Shown: piece by piece, positions 48,006-61,360 of the stretch
How positions within the stretch are numbered: the first letter of the stretch is position 1
Layout of the letters: every line of letters starts with the position of its first letter
Origin: Vicugna vicugna
Lineage: Eukaryota
Direction of reading: 5' to 3'
DNA: 64,000 nt
Assembly (NCBI GenBank): GCA_013265495.1
Contig: MU058221.1
Location: forward strand, 2,976,001-3,040,000
Notes under the pieces: generated by a model
Databases searched by the model: none
Told to the model about the DNA's origin: nothing
The model's input: the letters and a program-made list of their open reading frames with translations, nothing else
Made by a program: the position numbers and the translations under genes

Positions 48006-49059
48006 TTTTCTGTTGGTTGACTATTGACTTCTGGAGTATCTGCTCCCTTATGTTTCTAAATTGCAATTGATTGTGATGGAGAAAGAGCCAATGGTGACAG
48101 AAATAGCCCTTAGGCAGAGAAGAAGGGAGACCAGGAGATTAAGGTGGGGTGCTGTCAGCCTCCTGAAAACTCTATGCAACTGTAGGTGAACCCAGTAGGT
48201 TCACAAAATTCGCCTATTTTGTAAAGAGTGTCTGATAAACAATGGGTAGTCAGTTGGTTTTTCTATACCTTTGTAGTGTCACCCAGCATCATGAGATTTT
48301 GACTGGCATCTTCCTTTTCATACATGAAAAATGTGCCCCCATATTCTCCCAGTAGGATAGTATTCATGGTGACCACAACATAAGCAGTGAGAAGGCAAAG
48401 GTGACATGTACTCAGTGGAAGATGGCAGAGAACTGGCCACCTGGCACCTCAGATTTATTACTCTGTGCTCCCAGGGTCCAGAAATGATTTAGAAAGGATC
48501 AAGAAAGGTCATACATATTTGATTGACTTTATGATGCCGACGAGCATCATGGGAACAGGTGAGTGGCTCAACCCTAACTCCAGGGAACATCTTTTGACTG
48601 AAGTCAGGGTCATTTTTCGCAGTGGATAACACTTGACAATAATTTACCAGTCCAACTTTCCCTCTCCTCTCTTCATAAACACACATTTTATGATAAAATG
48701 GGCAACCAAGGGTGAATTAACTAATGTGCTCTTTATCACCACTTCAGAGAAAAGAAAAAAAATTTTCAGAAGTATCATCAAAACATTTTAACTTTTTATA
48801 GCTTCTTGGCACTTGTGCTCTATGATATCAGTCCATGAAGATGAATTTTCCAGGATTAAATTTCCATCACCATCTTGGTACTAAAACTTCACCTGGATTA
48901 GACCCCCATGTCTGGAATAAATAGGTAAGATAAACGTCAAAGGGCAGAGGCTTCCTTGTTAATCACGGGGAACGTGGACTGAAATGTTCTAAGGCAAGAA
49001 AAAAAAAAGCACGTTTCATCAAATTGTTCCAGTTGGAGCTGGTAACACTGAGTCTGTAT

Positions 49060-49500
49060 TCATAGCAGCTCATGCCCATTCTCCACACTGTGGTCCTCTG
49101 TGAGCTGACCCAGTTTCCCTCTGACATGATCTCATGCCATCTTCCTTTCATCTCTGCTCATCATAGTTGAATGGCCATTTTTAATTATATATTTTTAATA
49201 TACCAAGCTCATTCCCAGCTTAGAGGGGTCCTATCTGCCTGGTTTTCTTTTTTCCCATGTTTCCCACGTGCCTCATCACTCTGGTGTCAGCTCAAATGGC
49301 ACCTCTTTTAAAATGCCTTCCCTTACCACCCTACTGTTGCTGTCCACACAGGCTGGACCAAACTATCATATTATTTTGCTTTCTCCATGTGAAGCCTTCT
49401 TAATTACTCGTTAATTTTATGCAGTCACTCCCATAATATAAATTCCACATGAGCAGGAGACTTGCCTGTTTCATTCAATACGCCCAATGTCCAGTTTTGT
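49060..49500 (+). mobile_element. L2 LINE 3' fragment
   Basis: CCAAGCTCATTCCCAGCTTAGAGG, TCAGCTCAAATGGCACCTCTT and TTCCACATGAGCAGGAGACTTGCCTGTTTCATTCA. Confidence 0.75.
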
Positions 49501-50566
49501 TTGATTTCCAATAAAGTAACTCCCTAACATCCTAGACAAGTAAGGATTATCAGAAGTTCAAACGCTAGCAATCAGATTCCAGATTTCTGGTGTAACAATG
49601 TGCTAAGAAGTTCAATAGTGCTGCAATGATGCCAGAAACTTCAGGTCAGATAGGAGGGAAATGGTCTTCATTCCAGACTCACCTTCTTAAACAGCCAGCC
49701 CAGGAGCATTTCCCCAGATTTCCTTTATATGCTCCCTTGTGCAGATGACAGCTGCTCTTTTGATTATCATCAGGAAAGGGGACGGTTCCACGTAGGAAAA
49801 AAAAAAAGCACGTGACATGGACAATGATGGCAACTGAAGCAGCTAAATATGGATGGCTTTTGAGAGGAAAGAGGTCATTTTGATCAAATTTGATCTTAAG
49901 AATGAAAGTTTTGTCCATGCAAGTATGCAGAAACTGTCCTCTACTCCTGTTTATGTGGCATCTGGAAATGCATTACCTTTCCAAGCGCTGTTTCTGCCCT
50001 GGTGATGTCAGTATCTCATGCCTCTGTGAAAAGTAAGTGAATTGGCAGGATTAAATTGAGGTGCTGCAGATTAGAAGGTGTGAGCAGCCTCTTTATGTGG
50101 AGGTGTTAAGGGGGAGTGGAGAGAAGGTGGTGGGGTACCAGTGAAACTGGGCCAACACCTTCGGCTGCTTTGAAGTGTTTTTCTCAAACAGAAGTGTGAA
50201 TCAGCAGGTGTACCACGCACCTCCTTGACATTTGTGCCTGCGAGATTGTGAGCGTGAGGTGCTCAAAAGAAAATTGGCCACTGCTTTTGTAAGAAAAAAA
50301 ATACTTTGGGGCTAAATTTGTCCCTCAGAGAAAAGGACCTAAAGAGAAAATGTCCACTTAGTCTCTTCACGATGTAGGCGGAATTGACTTGAGTCAGTGG
50401 GAGTGGAGGGTTTTTAAGATGGGGAGCCTTGACCTTAAGTCCAGAACTTTGCAACACATCTGTAATGTGTCATTATCCCTGCGAAGAAATCTTGACTCTC
50501 ATACATCACTGCTGGGTGCATAAATGGATATCATTTGGAGTGACTTTTGGCCATAGCCATCAATTC

Positions 50567-50805
50567 GGAAGTTGGGAGTTTGAGATTTGCAGATACTAAC
50601 TACTAGATGTAAAATAGATAAACAAGTTCATGCCGTAGAGCACACGGAACTGCATTCAGTATCTTGTAGTCACCTATAATGAAAAAGAATATGAAAGCAA
50701 GTGTATGTTTGCATATGTAAGACCGAAGCATTGTGCTGTACACCAGACATTGACACATCGTAAACTGATGATACTGTGATTCAAGAAAATAAAAATAAAT
50801 TTTAA
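50567..50805 (+). mobile_element. young L1 3'-UTR fragment
   Basis: TTGGGAGTTTGAGATTTGCAGATACTAAC... to an A-rich tail, colinear with 18330-18550. Confidence 0.9.
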
Positions 50806-51774
50806 ACAATGAATCACCTCTTGACCAAGGGCTCATCTTCTGGGGGTGTCATCTGTGAATTATATGAACATAAACACATGCAAGGGCATGGCTGTTGCTG
50901 CCTTGTTTTGTTTGCACAGAGTACTGAAGCGAACCTAGATGACAATCAGAAATTTTTAAAGTAATTCATGAGACTTCTGGAAAATGTGAACATTATGCAG
51001 AAATTGAGAATGGAGAAAAGTTTGGATGTACATACACTGGTGTGAAAGAACATTGGAGATATTTGAAGGGAGAAAAGAAATTTGCAATGATCCAAATATA
51101 ATATGATCCCAAGTCTGTTATACAAACATGACAGAACTTTTACATTTTAAATGCACGCCATTTGTTAAGAGAATTAACAGTAGGTCAAAACAAATGGATC
51201 CCTGTTGCTGCTTACACTCCTGGTGGACAGAGTTCTCTACAGCGTAACAGTGAAGCAGAAATCTTACTTCACTTGAATTACTTAATTGTACAGCTAGTCA
51301 CACATTCTCCTAGAATAAAGTCCAACGTGTCCCTTTCAAAAGCCTTTTTTGCTCCTCAATAGAATTCCTAAGAATCCTCGGGCTAATTAGTGTGAAGGGG
51401 TCAGACAGTGAAAACATGAGTTCATTTACTTCGCTGTTTCCCAGCTTAAAGGCGGGAGAAGCACCATCCAACAGGCGAAGCTCGCCTGTGCCAGCCGCGG
51501 CGGCGCGCTTGTCTGGGCACCTGCTGCAGCCCCAGGGGGCTTCGCGGAGCCAGGTCCTCTTCCTCAGCAGTGATGAGCCAGACTTCCCCGAGTTGCAGCT
51601 CTTATAGTCCAGTTTCTTTTCTTTATAATTCACTGCAAGTTCCCCAAGAAAGAAGCCAAACCCTGGAGGGACGTCCTGACGCAGGTTGTGGAGTTTGCCA
51701 CCTCATGGACTTAGAAAACCAGTCTCGTTTCATGACTTGCCAGGGTGATGGGGCAGCTTTTCAAACCATAAGAA

Positions 51775-51965
51775 GTATTTTTTATTTGAAGTTTAGTTGA
51801 TTTACAGTGTTGTGTTAATTTCTGTTGTATAGCATAGTGATTCATTTATACGTATATATGTTCATTTTCATATTCTTTTTCATTACAGGTTATTACAAGA
51901 CATTGAATATATTTTCCTGTGCTACACAGTAGGACCTTAATATATAGTAAGTAGTATCTACAAAT
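51775..51965 (-). mobile_element. young L1 3'-end fragment
   Basis: TTGAAGTTTAGTTGATTTACAGTGTTGTG...CCTGTGCTACACAGTAGG. Confidence 0.88.
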
Positions 51966-53230
51966 CCAAAGTCTTGTTACACACTACTTGCTCAGGCAAT
52001 CGGAGGGTGCACTGTGCACCCATCTACCGCATGTGATTGCAAGGTGATGATCTGTTAACGCTGATACAGTGAAATAGCTGGTGTTTCTCTAGCCAAATAA
52101 GAATAAAAATAACAAGTTTCAATTTTGGCATGCACCTCTTCTGGTAAGGCACCTTGCTTTGTGTGTAAAGGAAAGTTTATAAATATACGTATAGAGATGG
52201 GTAAATACACGCGCTTGTTTTTGCGAAGAACGTTACAAGGCGTCTACGCAAGAAACAGTTTATCGCGGTTCTGCTGAGAGGTGAGAATGAGGAGGCTGGC
52301 ATACTTGTACCTTCCAGTTTTAGCTCCTGCACCGTCTTACTTTTTAATGCCATTATGTAATTGACGCCATCATAATTAAAGATACAGGGTTTGGTTTCCT
52401 TCGTTCTCATTTTAACTAAAAAGGGGAGGACGGAAAGAAAGACCTTCACTCAGAGGAATTCCCAGGCATTTGCACCCAATGCCTGGGAGAGTTGCTTCCT
52501 GCTTGGAAAGCAGCTTGCTCAGAGATCTAGGAGCTCCCCTCGGACTTGATTTTATGTCAAAACCAGTCATAGCAAACCTTGCATTTATATGGCACTCTTA
52601 GATTTGTAAAATATGTTCAAAGACAGAACACACACACACACACCCCCAAACAGTAGCACAAAGTTCATCATTGGTTCATTTTTCAGAAAAGGCAATGGAT
52701 CTAGAGAATTTAACCTTGTATTCTAGGCAGGGTTTGAACATACATTTGTCATGAAGTGGGATGTGACTGTATCAGGCAATGAGGATAATAATTTAATAAA
52801 TCCATGACTGACATCACCTGGAGCCATATACAATCCGGGAGGATTTGGCGAGACTCAACATTTGGAAAGATGTCTCTGTGAGAAATCGTATTTGAAATCT
52901 GAGACACTTTTTTTTTTAATATGCTTAATTGAATGAAAGCTCCATCTTTGAGTGAGGACTTGCTGTTTGGCCATAGCTAAGTCACTCCTGCAATGTCCAT
53001 TGTGTAAGTTGGCTAATGATGGTAAAACAAAAAATGATTTGACTATGAAGGGTATGTGTTCATGAATGACCTATGTTGTCTAACAAATCAGACACAATGA
53101 TTCCAAAGTCTGGGGAGGAATTAAAATGTTTCCAGCTTTAGGTTTCAGGTGTGATATATCTCTATCTCCAGGAGCATTTCAAGCCAATATGGAATGCTTC
53201 TACGTAAGGATGACTAGCTGAGTATCTTTC

Positions 53231-53353
53231 TCTCTCTCTCCTTTTTTTTTTTTTCTTCTGCAGGGGGAGCTAGTTAGCTTTATTTATTGACGTTTTGGAT
53301 GGACCTCGTGCATCCTAGGCAGGCCCTGTACCACTGAGTTGTACCCTCCCCCT
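53231..53353 (-). mobile_element. tRNA-derived SINE (vic-1-like), B-box region deleted
   Basis: The minus strand reads GGGGGAGGGTACAACTCAGTGGTACAG...CACGAGGTCC, then jumps to the tail and poly-A. Confidence 0.8.
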
Positions 53354-55430
53354 CTTTCTTTGATCTGTATCGATGCAGGATTCTAGTGGAGGAGAGTCCT
53401 CTGCTTTGATGCATAAATCAGGAAACTGCAAGAAATTTGCATTGCCAGAAACTTTCCAGCCCGAAGTCAGAACTTTCATATCATTAAACTGATCCACTGA
53501 TACTTGTTTTGATTAAAGCACCAGCTAACTCGTAACAGCATCTGTACTCAGTGATGTAACTCAAACAGGCATAATGAATGCCTCTCTCTGAATTTTTTAT
53601 AAAAAGGCTTCATAATATATAATGAAGATGTTTTGTACATGTTCTACTGATGAACCATCTGCAGGTATGACATTTAGCATCTGTACTTAAAAGTAGCCAC
53701 CTGTTACAGCCTGGTAATCCTGACTGCGAATCACTTCAGATGAATGGAATTTGGCGCCATTTGGATTCAGGGCTCCTCATGAATCCATCATCTTCTTGAC
53801 ATTTATTATTTTATTGCAGGCTGTCTTTTCAGGTTTTGTTTTTAAACTGCATCCATTGAAAATTCTAACTGCATTTGTTTTCAAGCAAGGAGACTATTGG
53901 CAAATGTAAAACAAGAGCAAAGAGCTTTCAGAGGCCCCACATTTGCTCTTTCCTACTTGCTCCTTTTTCAGCAGAGTCAAGTCATACCTACTTCAGGTAC
54001 TCATAGCTCTCCACCTCTTGTTTTCATCACCAATTTCAACACCTCTACTCAGATTCTCCCTTCACTGTGGGCTACAAATAACTGACACTCAAGGTGATTT
54101 TAGTCAGATGGGTAAAAAGACCAGATGTTTAAACTGATGTCGAAAATCACTCTTGTCAGGATGTTGAAAATGAACTGGGATGATACCTGCGGGAGTAGCT
54201 GGGTTCTTTGGGGGGGATATAAATCTCATTCAGAATTTATGAACTGCAGGTCATAGGCAGTCAGTTTTTCTCCCTGTACCCACACACAAACTCACTTCTC
54301 AAGGAACAAGGCCAGAAGTGAGTCTTAAAGAGTCTAAGAAACTAGCATAGCACATGGCTCATATGTACATACAGCACGTAGCCTCGCGAACATTTTAAGT
54401 GAAGCACAGGTTAAGATGCAAAGTGAATTCATTTAACATGTAAGTTGCATGCCGCACGCGATGGAGAAAGCAACACAGAAGCGTGCATGCTCGACTCCTC
54501 CCTCGTGGCACCTGCTGGCCAGTACAGCCAAGGCAGCTCTCCCCGTCCCCTGAACCTCAGCGGGGCACTCTGACGGCATTTCCAGTTACGCAGCATATGA
54601 ACGCTTTTCGTGTTCTTTAAATGTTTTATGTACTGCTGTCTTGCTGCTGGAGAGGAAGTTCTGGGAATCCAGGGGCCTCGGGAGGCATCCACGTTTACAC
54701 AAAACATTGAAACATCTTACTTGAGCGTAAGTTTCTACAGCCATCATACAAGAAGACAAAAATGCAAAGAGAAAATTAACCCTGAAAGAACACCTTTGAT
54801 TGAAGAAGCTGGTTCGTGGGCTATGATTTATGTGAAAATCATAAAATGAGACTCAGCAGGGTGAGATGCTAACGCTACAGAAGTCCCCTGGGTACAGGGG
54901 ACAACACGAAGAGCAGATTCATGTCTTCACCTCCCTTATACCCTGAGGCGAATGTTATAAATTGAATACTGAATACAAAGATATGTGGATTTATCGGTAC
55001 TGTTTAAATCCCTGTCTCTCTGTTTTTTTATGTAGAGTTTAAATGACAACGTGATGCAAACCCAGACATATTTATACATGTGCAAATATGTACCTTTATC
55101 CCATGAATTCAATTACTTGTAATAGATTTTAAGTGATTATTTCCATCCTCCCAGACTCTAGCATAATGGCACCCAGTGGATGTTCAATTTTGTGTCTTAC
55201 TGTCCTCTAAGATTTCACAAGTCAATCAGAAAGCAAGATTGTGAGGAATTAGAATTCATGGTTTGATGAGGAATAAAAAAAAAAATCACCTTTGGTCTGT
55301 TGCATGGGCTCGGTCGGAGAGGCAAGGGCTGGGAGCAGAAACCCTGCCCGCGACCCCTCTGTGCCTGGCCAAGTTGCATCACCTCCGTGGGCCTCATTAG
55401 GAAAGTGAGGTATTGGGCCCATGTGGTCAC

Positions 55431-55810
55431 TGTGCTGGTTAATTTCACGCGTCAGTGTGACCCGGGCAACGGGGTGCCCAGATGTTGGGTTGAACTGTGA
55501 GAGTGTCACTGCGAGAGTGTTTCTGGGTAAGATTAATATTCAAACCCACAGGCTAAGTAAAACAGATTGCATGCCCTCCAGTGCGAGTGGGCGTTAGCCA
55601 GTCCATTGAAGGCCTGATTAAAGAAGAGAGTGAGTAAGAAACAAACGCTTCCTGTTTGCCGACCTGTTTCGGGACGGGGACACGGGTTTCTGCTGCCTTT
55701 GGACCTGGACTTGGACTAGAACTTACACCGTCGTCTCTTCTGGTTTTCAGGGCTTTGGGCTCACACTGGAACTGTACCGACCACTGGCCAGCAGGTCTCC
55801 AGCTTGAGAA
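55431..55810 (+). mobile_element. MLT2 (ERVL) LTR
   Basis: TGTGCTGGTTAATTTCACGCGTCAG...GGGTGCCCAGA...AGTAAAACAGATTGC...CCATTGAAGGCCTGA...GGTCTCCAGCTTG. Confidence 0.85.
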
Positions 55811-55869
55811 TTTATTTGTTCTTCCTGGGGAACCCAATCATCAAACTCCCTTCCTTCCCAAATACTCTA

Positions 55870-56130
55870 TTCTGCTTCTGAAGATTAGTCCGCTGTAGTC
55901 TGAACTTGGAGCCCCTCCGATGGGCACTGAAACATTCTCCATATTTTGGCATATTAGCATGCTTTCCGTGCTGTATTATTACTGCCCGTTAAAAGCCTGT
56001 CCCCTCCTCTAGACTTCAGATGCTTTAAGGTCAGGACCATGCTAATCATTTTCATCATCGTATGTTTAGCGTCTAGCCCAAGCCAGGAAAACGTTAACTG
56101 TTTATTGAGAACTTACTGAAAGGATGAATG
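55870..56130 (+). mobile_element. L2 LINE 3' fragment
   Basis: CCTGTCCCCTCCTCTAGACTTCAGATGCTTTAAGGTCAGGACCATG...GCGTCTAGCCCA. Confidence 0.65.
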
Positions 56131-56781
56131 TAACTGAAAACTTAGAAAAGAAAGATATACTTCTCCTTCTACCTAAACAGGATATCGAACATTCTTCACT
56201 GAAAAACTGTTATGTTTACTCTTATCACCTCATTTGCGCCTGACATTTCACCTTCGGAAGCAGCAGCCAGAGAACACGATGGTAGAGCTTCGACTTTCTG
56301 GGGGCCAAAGTCATGTCAAAGCATTTCACAGGTGAAGAGACTGAGCAGAAGTGAATTTTTACTGAAAGTCATTTTCACAAAGGTATTATTTCTACTTGGC
56401 AAGACATTTTTCTTCTTTTGTTCTATTATTATCACTGGTCCATGGGATCATTCTAGCTCCAATCCATGCATATAGACTCACAGTAAATAGGAATTTAATA
56501 AATGTACCTTCCAGGGCACCCGGCTTCCAAATCTCTGATTGACCTGTGAAATCTCAAAGGACAGTAAGACGCACAAATTTTGCCAGGCTGCATACTGATG
56601 CAGAGTGTGCCATGATACCTATTATAAAACAGTGAGAGCAGGAGTCACAGAGAGTGTGTCTCCAAAGAAGAAGTTGTATTTCATTTTAAAAAAATGTCTT
56701 TTGCAAAAAATGCCATTGTTAGCCACCTCATCATAAAGCTACTGCAGAGACAGGAATTGACGGGGCGGTCTTGTGTAAGAT

Positions 56782-56844
56782 GGCGAAACTTTCAGTGCTG
56801 AAACGAGGCAAGCCCCAGGCAAGCCAGAACTAGGTGGTCACCCC
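56782..56844 (-). mobile_element. MER81-like hAT-Blackjack fragment
   Basis: The minus strand GGGTGACCACCTAGTTCTGGCTTGCCTGGGG...TTTCAGCACTGAAAGT matches the recalled MER81 terminus. Confidence 0.65.
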
Positions 56845-57339
56845 GGGATGAACGGCCTGTATGTGTGAAGATCGTGTTAAGGAAGAGGTCAGCTCCGGGG
56901 GACTCTCTACAAACGTAGCTCTCAAACAAGGGGTGGGTCACCTAATGGAAGCTGAGGTTCATGACCCGAGCAAAACCAGTCTGAGCATCAGAAAACCAGG
57001 AGGAAAGAGCAGTGGGGGTGTTCAAGGATGCTGGGTTAATTCTGTTTCTTAGTTACACAAATGATACATGAACAGATTCTCCTTGTACAGAAGCGTACAA
57101 AGCATGGTGCTAAATGACCATTTCACTCCTTCTTCATCTGCAGGTAACAATGTTTGCAGTTTGCTGCATAACTCTGATGTTTCCTTATGATCACATATAT
57201 GTTATGTATGGAAAAATAGGTTTTTTTCACATAAATATTCTCTTTACAGTACACAGTTTATTTTGTGGCTTGAGGTTCTCACTTAAGAACTCAAAAAAAA
57301 AAAAAAACCACTCATCTCATATTAGTATCTGACCCAGTT

Positions 57340-58600
57340 GTTGGAATTATTAGAAAAAAATTCTAAGACAGATATTATAAATATGTTCATTGAGGTAAAG
57401 TAAGATCCTCTTGTAATGAATAAAGCTATAGGAAATTTTAGAAGAGAAATAGAAAATATTAGGAAAGAAAGCTGAAAGTAATATAAGTGAAAAACACAAT
57501 GTTTGAAATAAAATAGTTATTAGATGGTCTTAGGAACGGAAAGCAGATTAGTAAGGGAAGGGGCAGCGAATTTGAAAAACAGGAAAAAGATCATCAAATC
57601 CGAAAAAGAGGGAGAAAAGAGATTTAACGAAAATAATAAAGAAAATGTTAAGTTCAGCCTCCAAAAGGGAGAAAATGTTTTATAATACATATATCTGACA
57701 AAAAGTTGAAATTCTGGGTGTATAAAAAGCACAGTTCAGTAAAAAGAAAATAAAAAAATTTAACAGGAAGAGGATTTGAATACACACTTCAAAAAAGAAG
57801 ACATGCACATGCTAACAGGTACATGAAAAGATGTTCAATGTCATTGGTCATCAAAGAGATGCAAGTTAAAACCATGATGAGATACTGTTACTCATGAGAA
57901 GTGTTAAAAGTAAAGTGCTGAAAACCATCAATTGTAGGACATCATTTGGAGTAAATGGAATTCTCACACAGAGAGAGAAGAAAATAAAATTGCGCTCATC
58001 ACTTTGTAAACATCTGGTAGACTCCTATAAATTTAAAGGCATACATACAAATTTAAACATACACATACTCACACAGAGCAAGTCAGCTCCTAGGCGTTTA
58101 TTCAAGAGAAACAAGGACATTTGGCCACACAGAGACTTTTACTTAAATATTCATAAATGGCCTAATTCATGTCAGCTATAAACTGAAAATAACCCAAATG
58201 TTTATCGAAGGGCAAATGAGTAAACACAACGGGAGACAATGGGATACTATGCAAAAATAAAAAGAAATGATTTGATGATACACATAGCAATAAAAATGAA
58301 TCTCAAAACCATTATATTAAGAGAAAAAAAAACAGGCACAACAGCATATATGCCATATAACTTTATCTTTATAAAATCTAAGCTAATATATAGGGACAAA
58401 AATCACAGTGGTTGCTGGGGACCAAGGGTAGAGAGATGTGTGGCCTACAAAGAGGTAGGTACAATCTCTATGAGTAATGGTGATGTTCTGTAGTCCGAAT
58501 GTGGTTGCGGTTTTAAGGTTGTAGGCAGTGTTAAAACCCATCCAACTGCACAGTTTAAATGAAAGAACTTTGCCATTCCTTGATATGGTTGATAAGAAAA
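57340..58600 (+). mobile_element. ancient L1 fragments (ORF1-like piece, ORF2 end, 3'-UTR)
   Basis: ACATGAAAAGATGTTCAATGTCATTGGTCATCAAAGAGATGCAAGTTAAAACCATGATGAGATAC and ATGAATCTCAAAACCATTATATTAAG. Confidence 0.85.
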
Positions 58601-58727
58601 ATTTAAAAACAAACAAACAAACAAAAAGCAAAACAGAAAACTACTCATAAGATAAACGCTCAGCCTAACTGGTTTCACTGGTCAACCTTCTCAAATATTT
58701 AATAAAGGAATATAGTCGATACTCTAT

Positions 58728-58900
58728 TTACATATATATACACATGTATTTATAAAATATTTATTAAATATGTGTATAAATATTTATTAAATATACATAA
58801 ATGTATATATACATATATATTTCTATATACATATCTATATATACATTTATGTATATATATATATATACATATATACAGCAAATATATATACAGCAAAATA
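58728..58900. repeat. (TA)n-rich low-complexity tract
   Basis: Seen directly. Confidence 0.9.
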
Positions 58901-59232
58901 TAAATGGACTCATGGACAGAGAATACAGACTTGTGGTTACCGGGGGGGGGGGGGGCGGGGGAGGGGGGGGGAGAAGAATACAAACTTGTGGTTGCCAAGG
59001 GGGCAGAGGGTGGGAAGGGATAGACTGGGATTTCAAAATTGTAGAACAGATAAACAAGGTTACACTGTATAGCACAGGGAAATATACACAAAATGTTATG
59101 ATAAATCACAGAGAAAAAAATGTGACAATGAGTGTGTATATATCCATGTATGACTGAAAAATTGTACTGAACACTGGAATTTGACACAACACTGTAAAAT
59201 GATTATGAATCAATAAAAATGTAAAAAAAAAA
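58900..59232 (+). mobile_element. young L1 3'-UTR with local duplication and poly-G
   Basis: AGAATACARACTTGTGGTT occurs twice, flanking a G-run at 58942-58972, and the copy ends AATAAA...poly-A. Confidence 0.9.
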
Positions 59233-59542
59233 TGGAAAATTAAATGTAAAAATCATCATATTCATTAAGGTCCTAAACATGAAATATCTAGGGACACGTT
59301 TAATAATGCATGCACAAAACCTGAGCACTGAAACCTTAAAAAAAAATGAGAGAAATTAAATATATATATGAGAAAAATCTGCTTATTATAACTTCATCTT
59401 AGATATTTAAAGTGGATTTAATTAAAATTCTGATAAGCCATGCACTAAAATAAATTTTTTTAAAACCTAAACCAACAACAAACCCATTTTAATCAAATTT
59501 TATCCAAGTATCCAGTATTCACAAAAGTCATTTATTTAGGGC

Positions 59543-59546
<4 letters not shown>

Positions 59547-59573
<27 letters not shown>

Positions 59574-59574
59574 T
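59547..59574. repeat. poly-T run
   Basis: Seen directly. Confidence 0.9.
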
Positions 59575-61084
59575 CATGTGTCGCTACAATAAACATCACT
59601 AAGAACTACAGAGGTGAGACAAAATTCTCTTTGGGAAAGATTCCGTAACTAAGTGGAGTTCCTATAATTTTACGAAAATATTCATGAATAATATAGATTC
59701 TAATATACAGTTGTAAAGTAAGCAAATATTGGGGTATTCAAAGATTTATTATGTAAACTAGAGTAACGAATAGATTAATGGGAGGGAAATATGATGGCTT
59801 GGTTCTCAAAAGTATTTTGTGAGCATTAACAGTACTTACACTTTTCTTGTTACATGGTAATTACTCAGTAAGCACTGGTGGATGGATGTGAAGAGGAAAG
59901 AACTGCAAATAATCTCTCTCTTTTTCACCTGTCACGACAAATGTAGATGTTCTCATTTGCATATACGGGGTTCAAATATCATGCAGATATTTTTGAACAA
60001 GAATAACAACTTAAAAACTGTGTCTTTAATCAACGGATCTTTAATCCATCTCTCTTTTATAGATTGCTATTTCTAAATTTTCCTAACAATCTTATGTTTA
60101 AGTAGCTCATTTTAGCTTTGTTTTACACATACCTGGAAGCTCTGTAGAATGCAACTTTCTTTCTCAGGCTGCCTAACCTGGAGAGACGTGAAACACTCCT
60201 TGTGACCAGCTGTGTGAGAATGTTAGCAGTGAACATGTGGTCCTCAATAAACATATGTCAGCAAGAATTTTAATTAATTGGTTGAAAGGACAGATCAGAG
60301 ATGCAGGTTTACACAGCTGCTAATAATACTGTGATACAGTGACGTTAATGACAGAGTTTGGGATACTTTGCTTCCTTCTCAAGTACATTCTGCTGTTTGC
60401 TTAAATAAAGATACTTTGTCTTTCTGCCCAGTAACACCTGCGGATGCATTTCAAAGTACGTGCTGATGCTAACTGACTGCCTGTGAAGGATGAGGAAAAG
60501 TGGTGAGCAGGTTACCAAAGAGGACTGAGGAAACAGCAAAGGATTGGATGTCTAATTTTTTTTTCCAAGCTCCATGGGCAAGTTGTACTCTTTTAAAATA
60601 ATAATACTTGTTGTATACGTTTTTATGTTAAGGCTAATGCAAATCCATTGAACGAAATAGCTGATTTGGAAAATAGACATAATACTTCAGAAAAAAATGC
60701 CCACAAAGTCATCCCCTGGAGAGAATTGCTACTAATGTTCTTTTACTTTCAGTTGATAAAAACACTAATATCAGAGGTTAAAGAGCATGCGCTCTACTTT
60801 TCTGTCTTGGCTCCACATTTTGAGTTTTGCCCATGTTGTTACATAGCCAGTGGATTTGTGATTTTTAATGGCTGCGTAATTATAGAAGAATAATAATTTA
60901 ATTATAATGTAAAAAATATATTACTACAGTGAATGATCATACCACAATTAATAGAACAATTCCTCTATAGCTGAGCAGGTGTGATTTTTCTGGTTAGTTT
61001 TGCTCTTTGGGGAGGTGATACAATCTAAAAATATCATTCTGTTTGGTGCTAAGGGAATAAAATCAGGCAAGATGGCAGTGACAT

Positions 61085-61360
61085 TTATTTGAGGCATTGT
61101 AAACATAGACACTTTACACCAGTCATTTCACTGAACCCTCAAACAATATAGGAAAACAGGTGGTGTTAATATCACTGCTATTTAGGAGAATGATAAACAT
61201 TTAGGAGAATGATAAAATCACTTCTTTTCATTTTTCCACTTGATAAATGGAAGTTACTGAAGCTTAGAAACGTCAAGCAAGTTGCTCAGGATAACTTATC
61301 TAGCAAGGAGTAGATTCAAAATTTTCATGCAGATGATCTAGCTCCAGGCTTGAACTCTTT
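61085..61360 (-). mobile_element. MIR with an internal 19-bp tandem duplication
   Basis: TCATTTCACTGAACCCTCAAACAA...ACTGAAGCTTAGAAACGTCAAGCAAGTTGCTCAGGAT. ATTTAGGAGAATGATAAAM occurs twice at 61180-61217. Confidence 0.7.
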
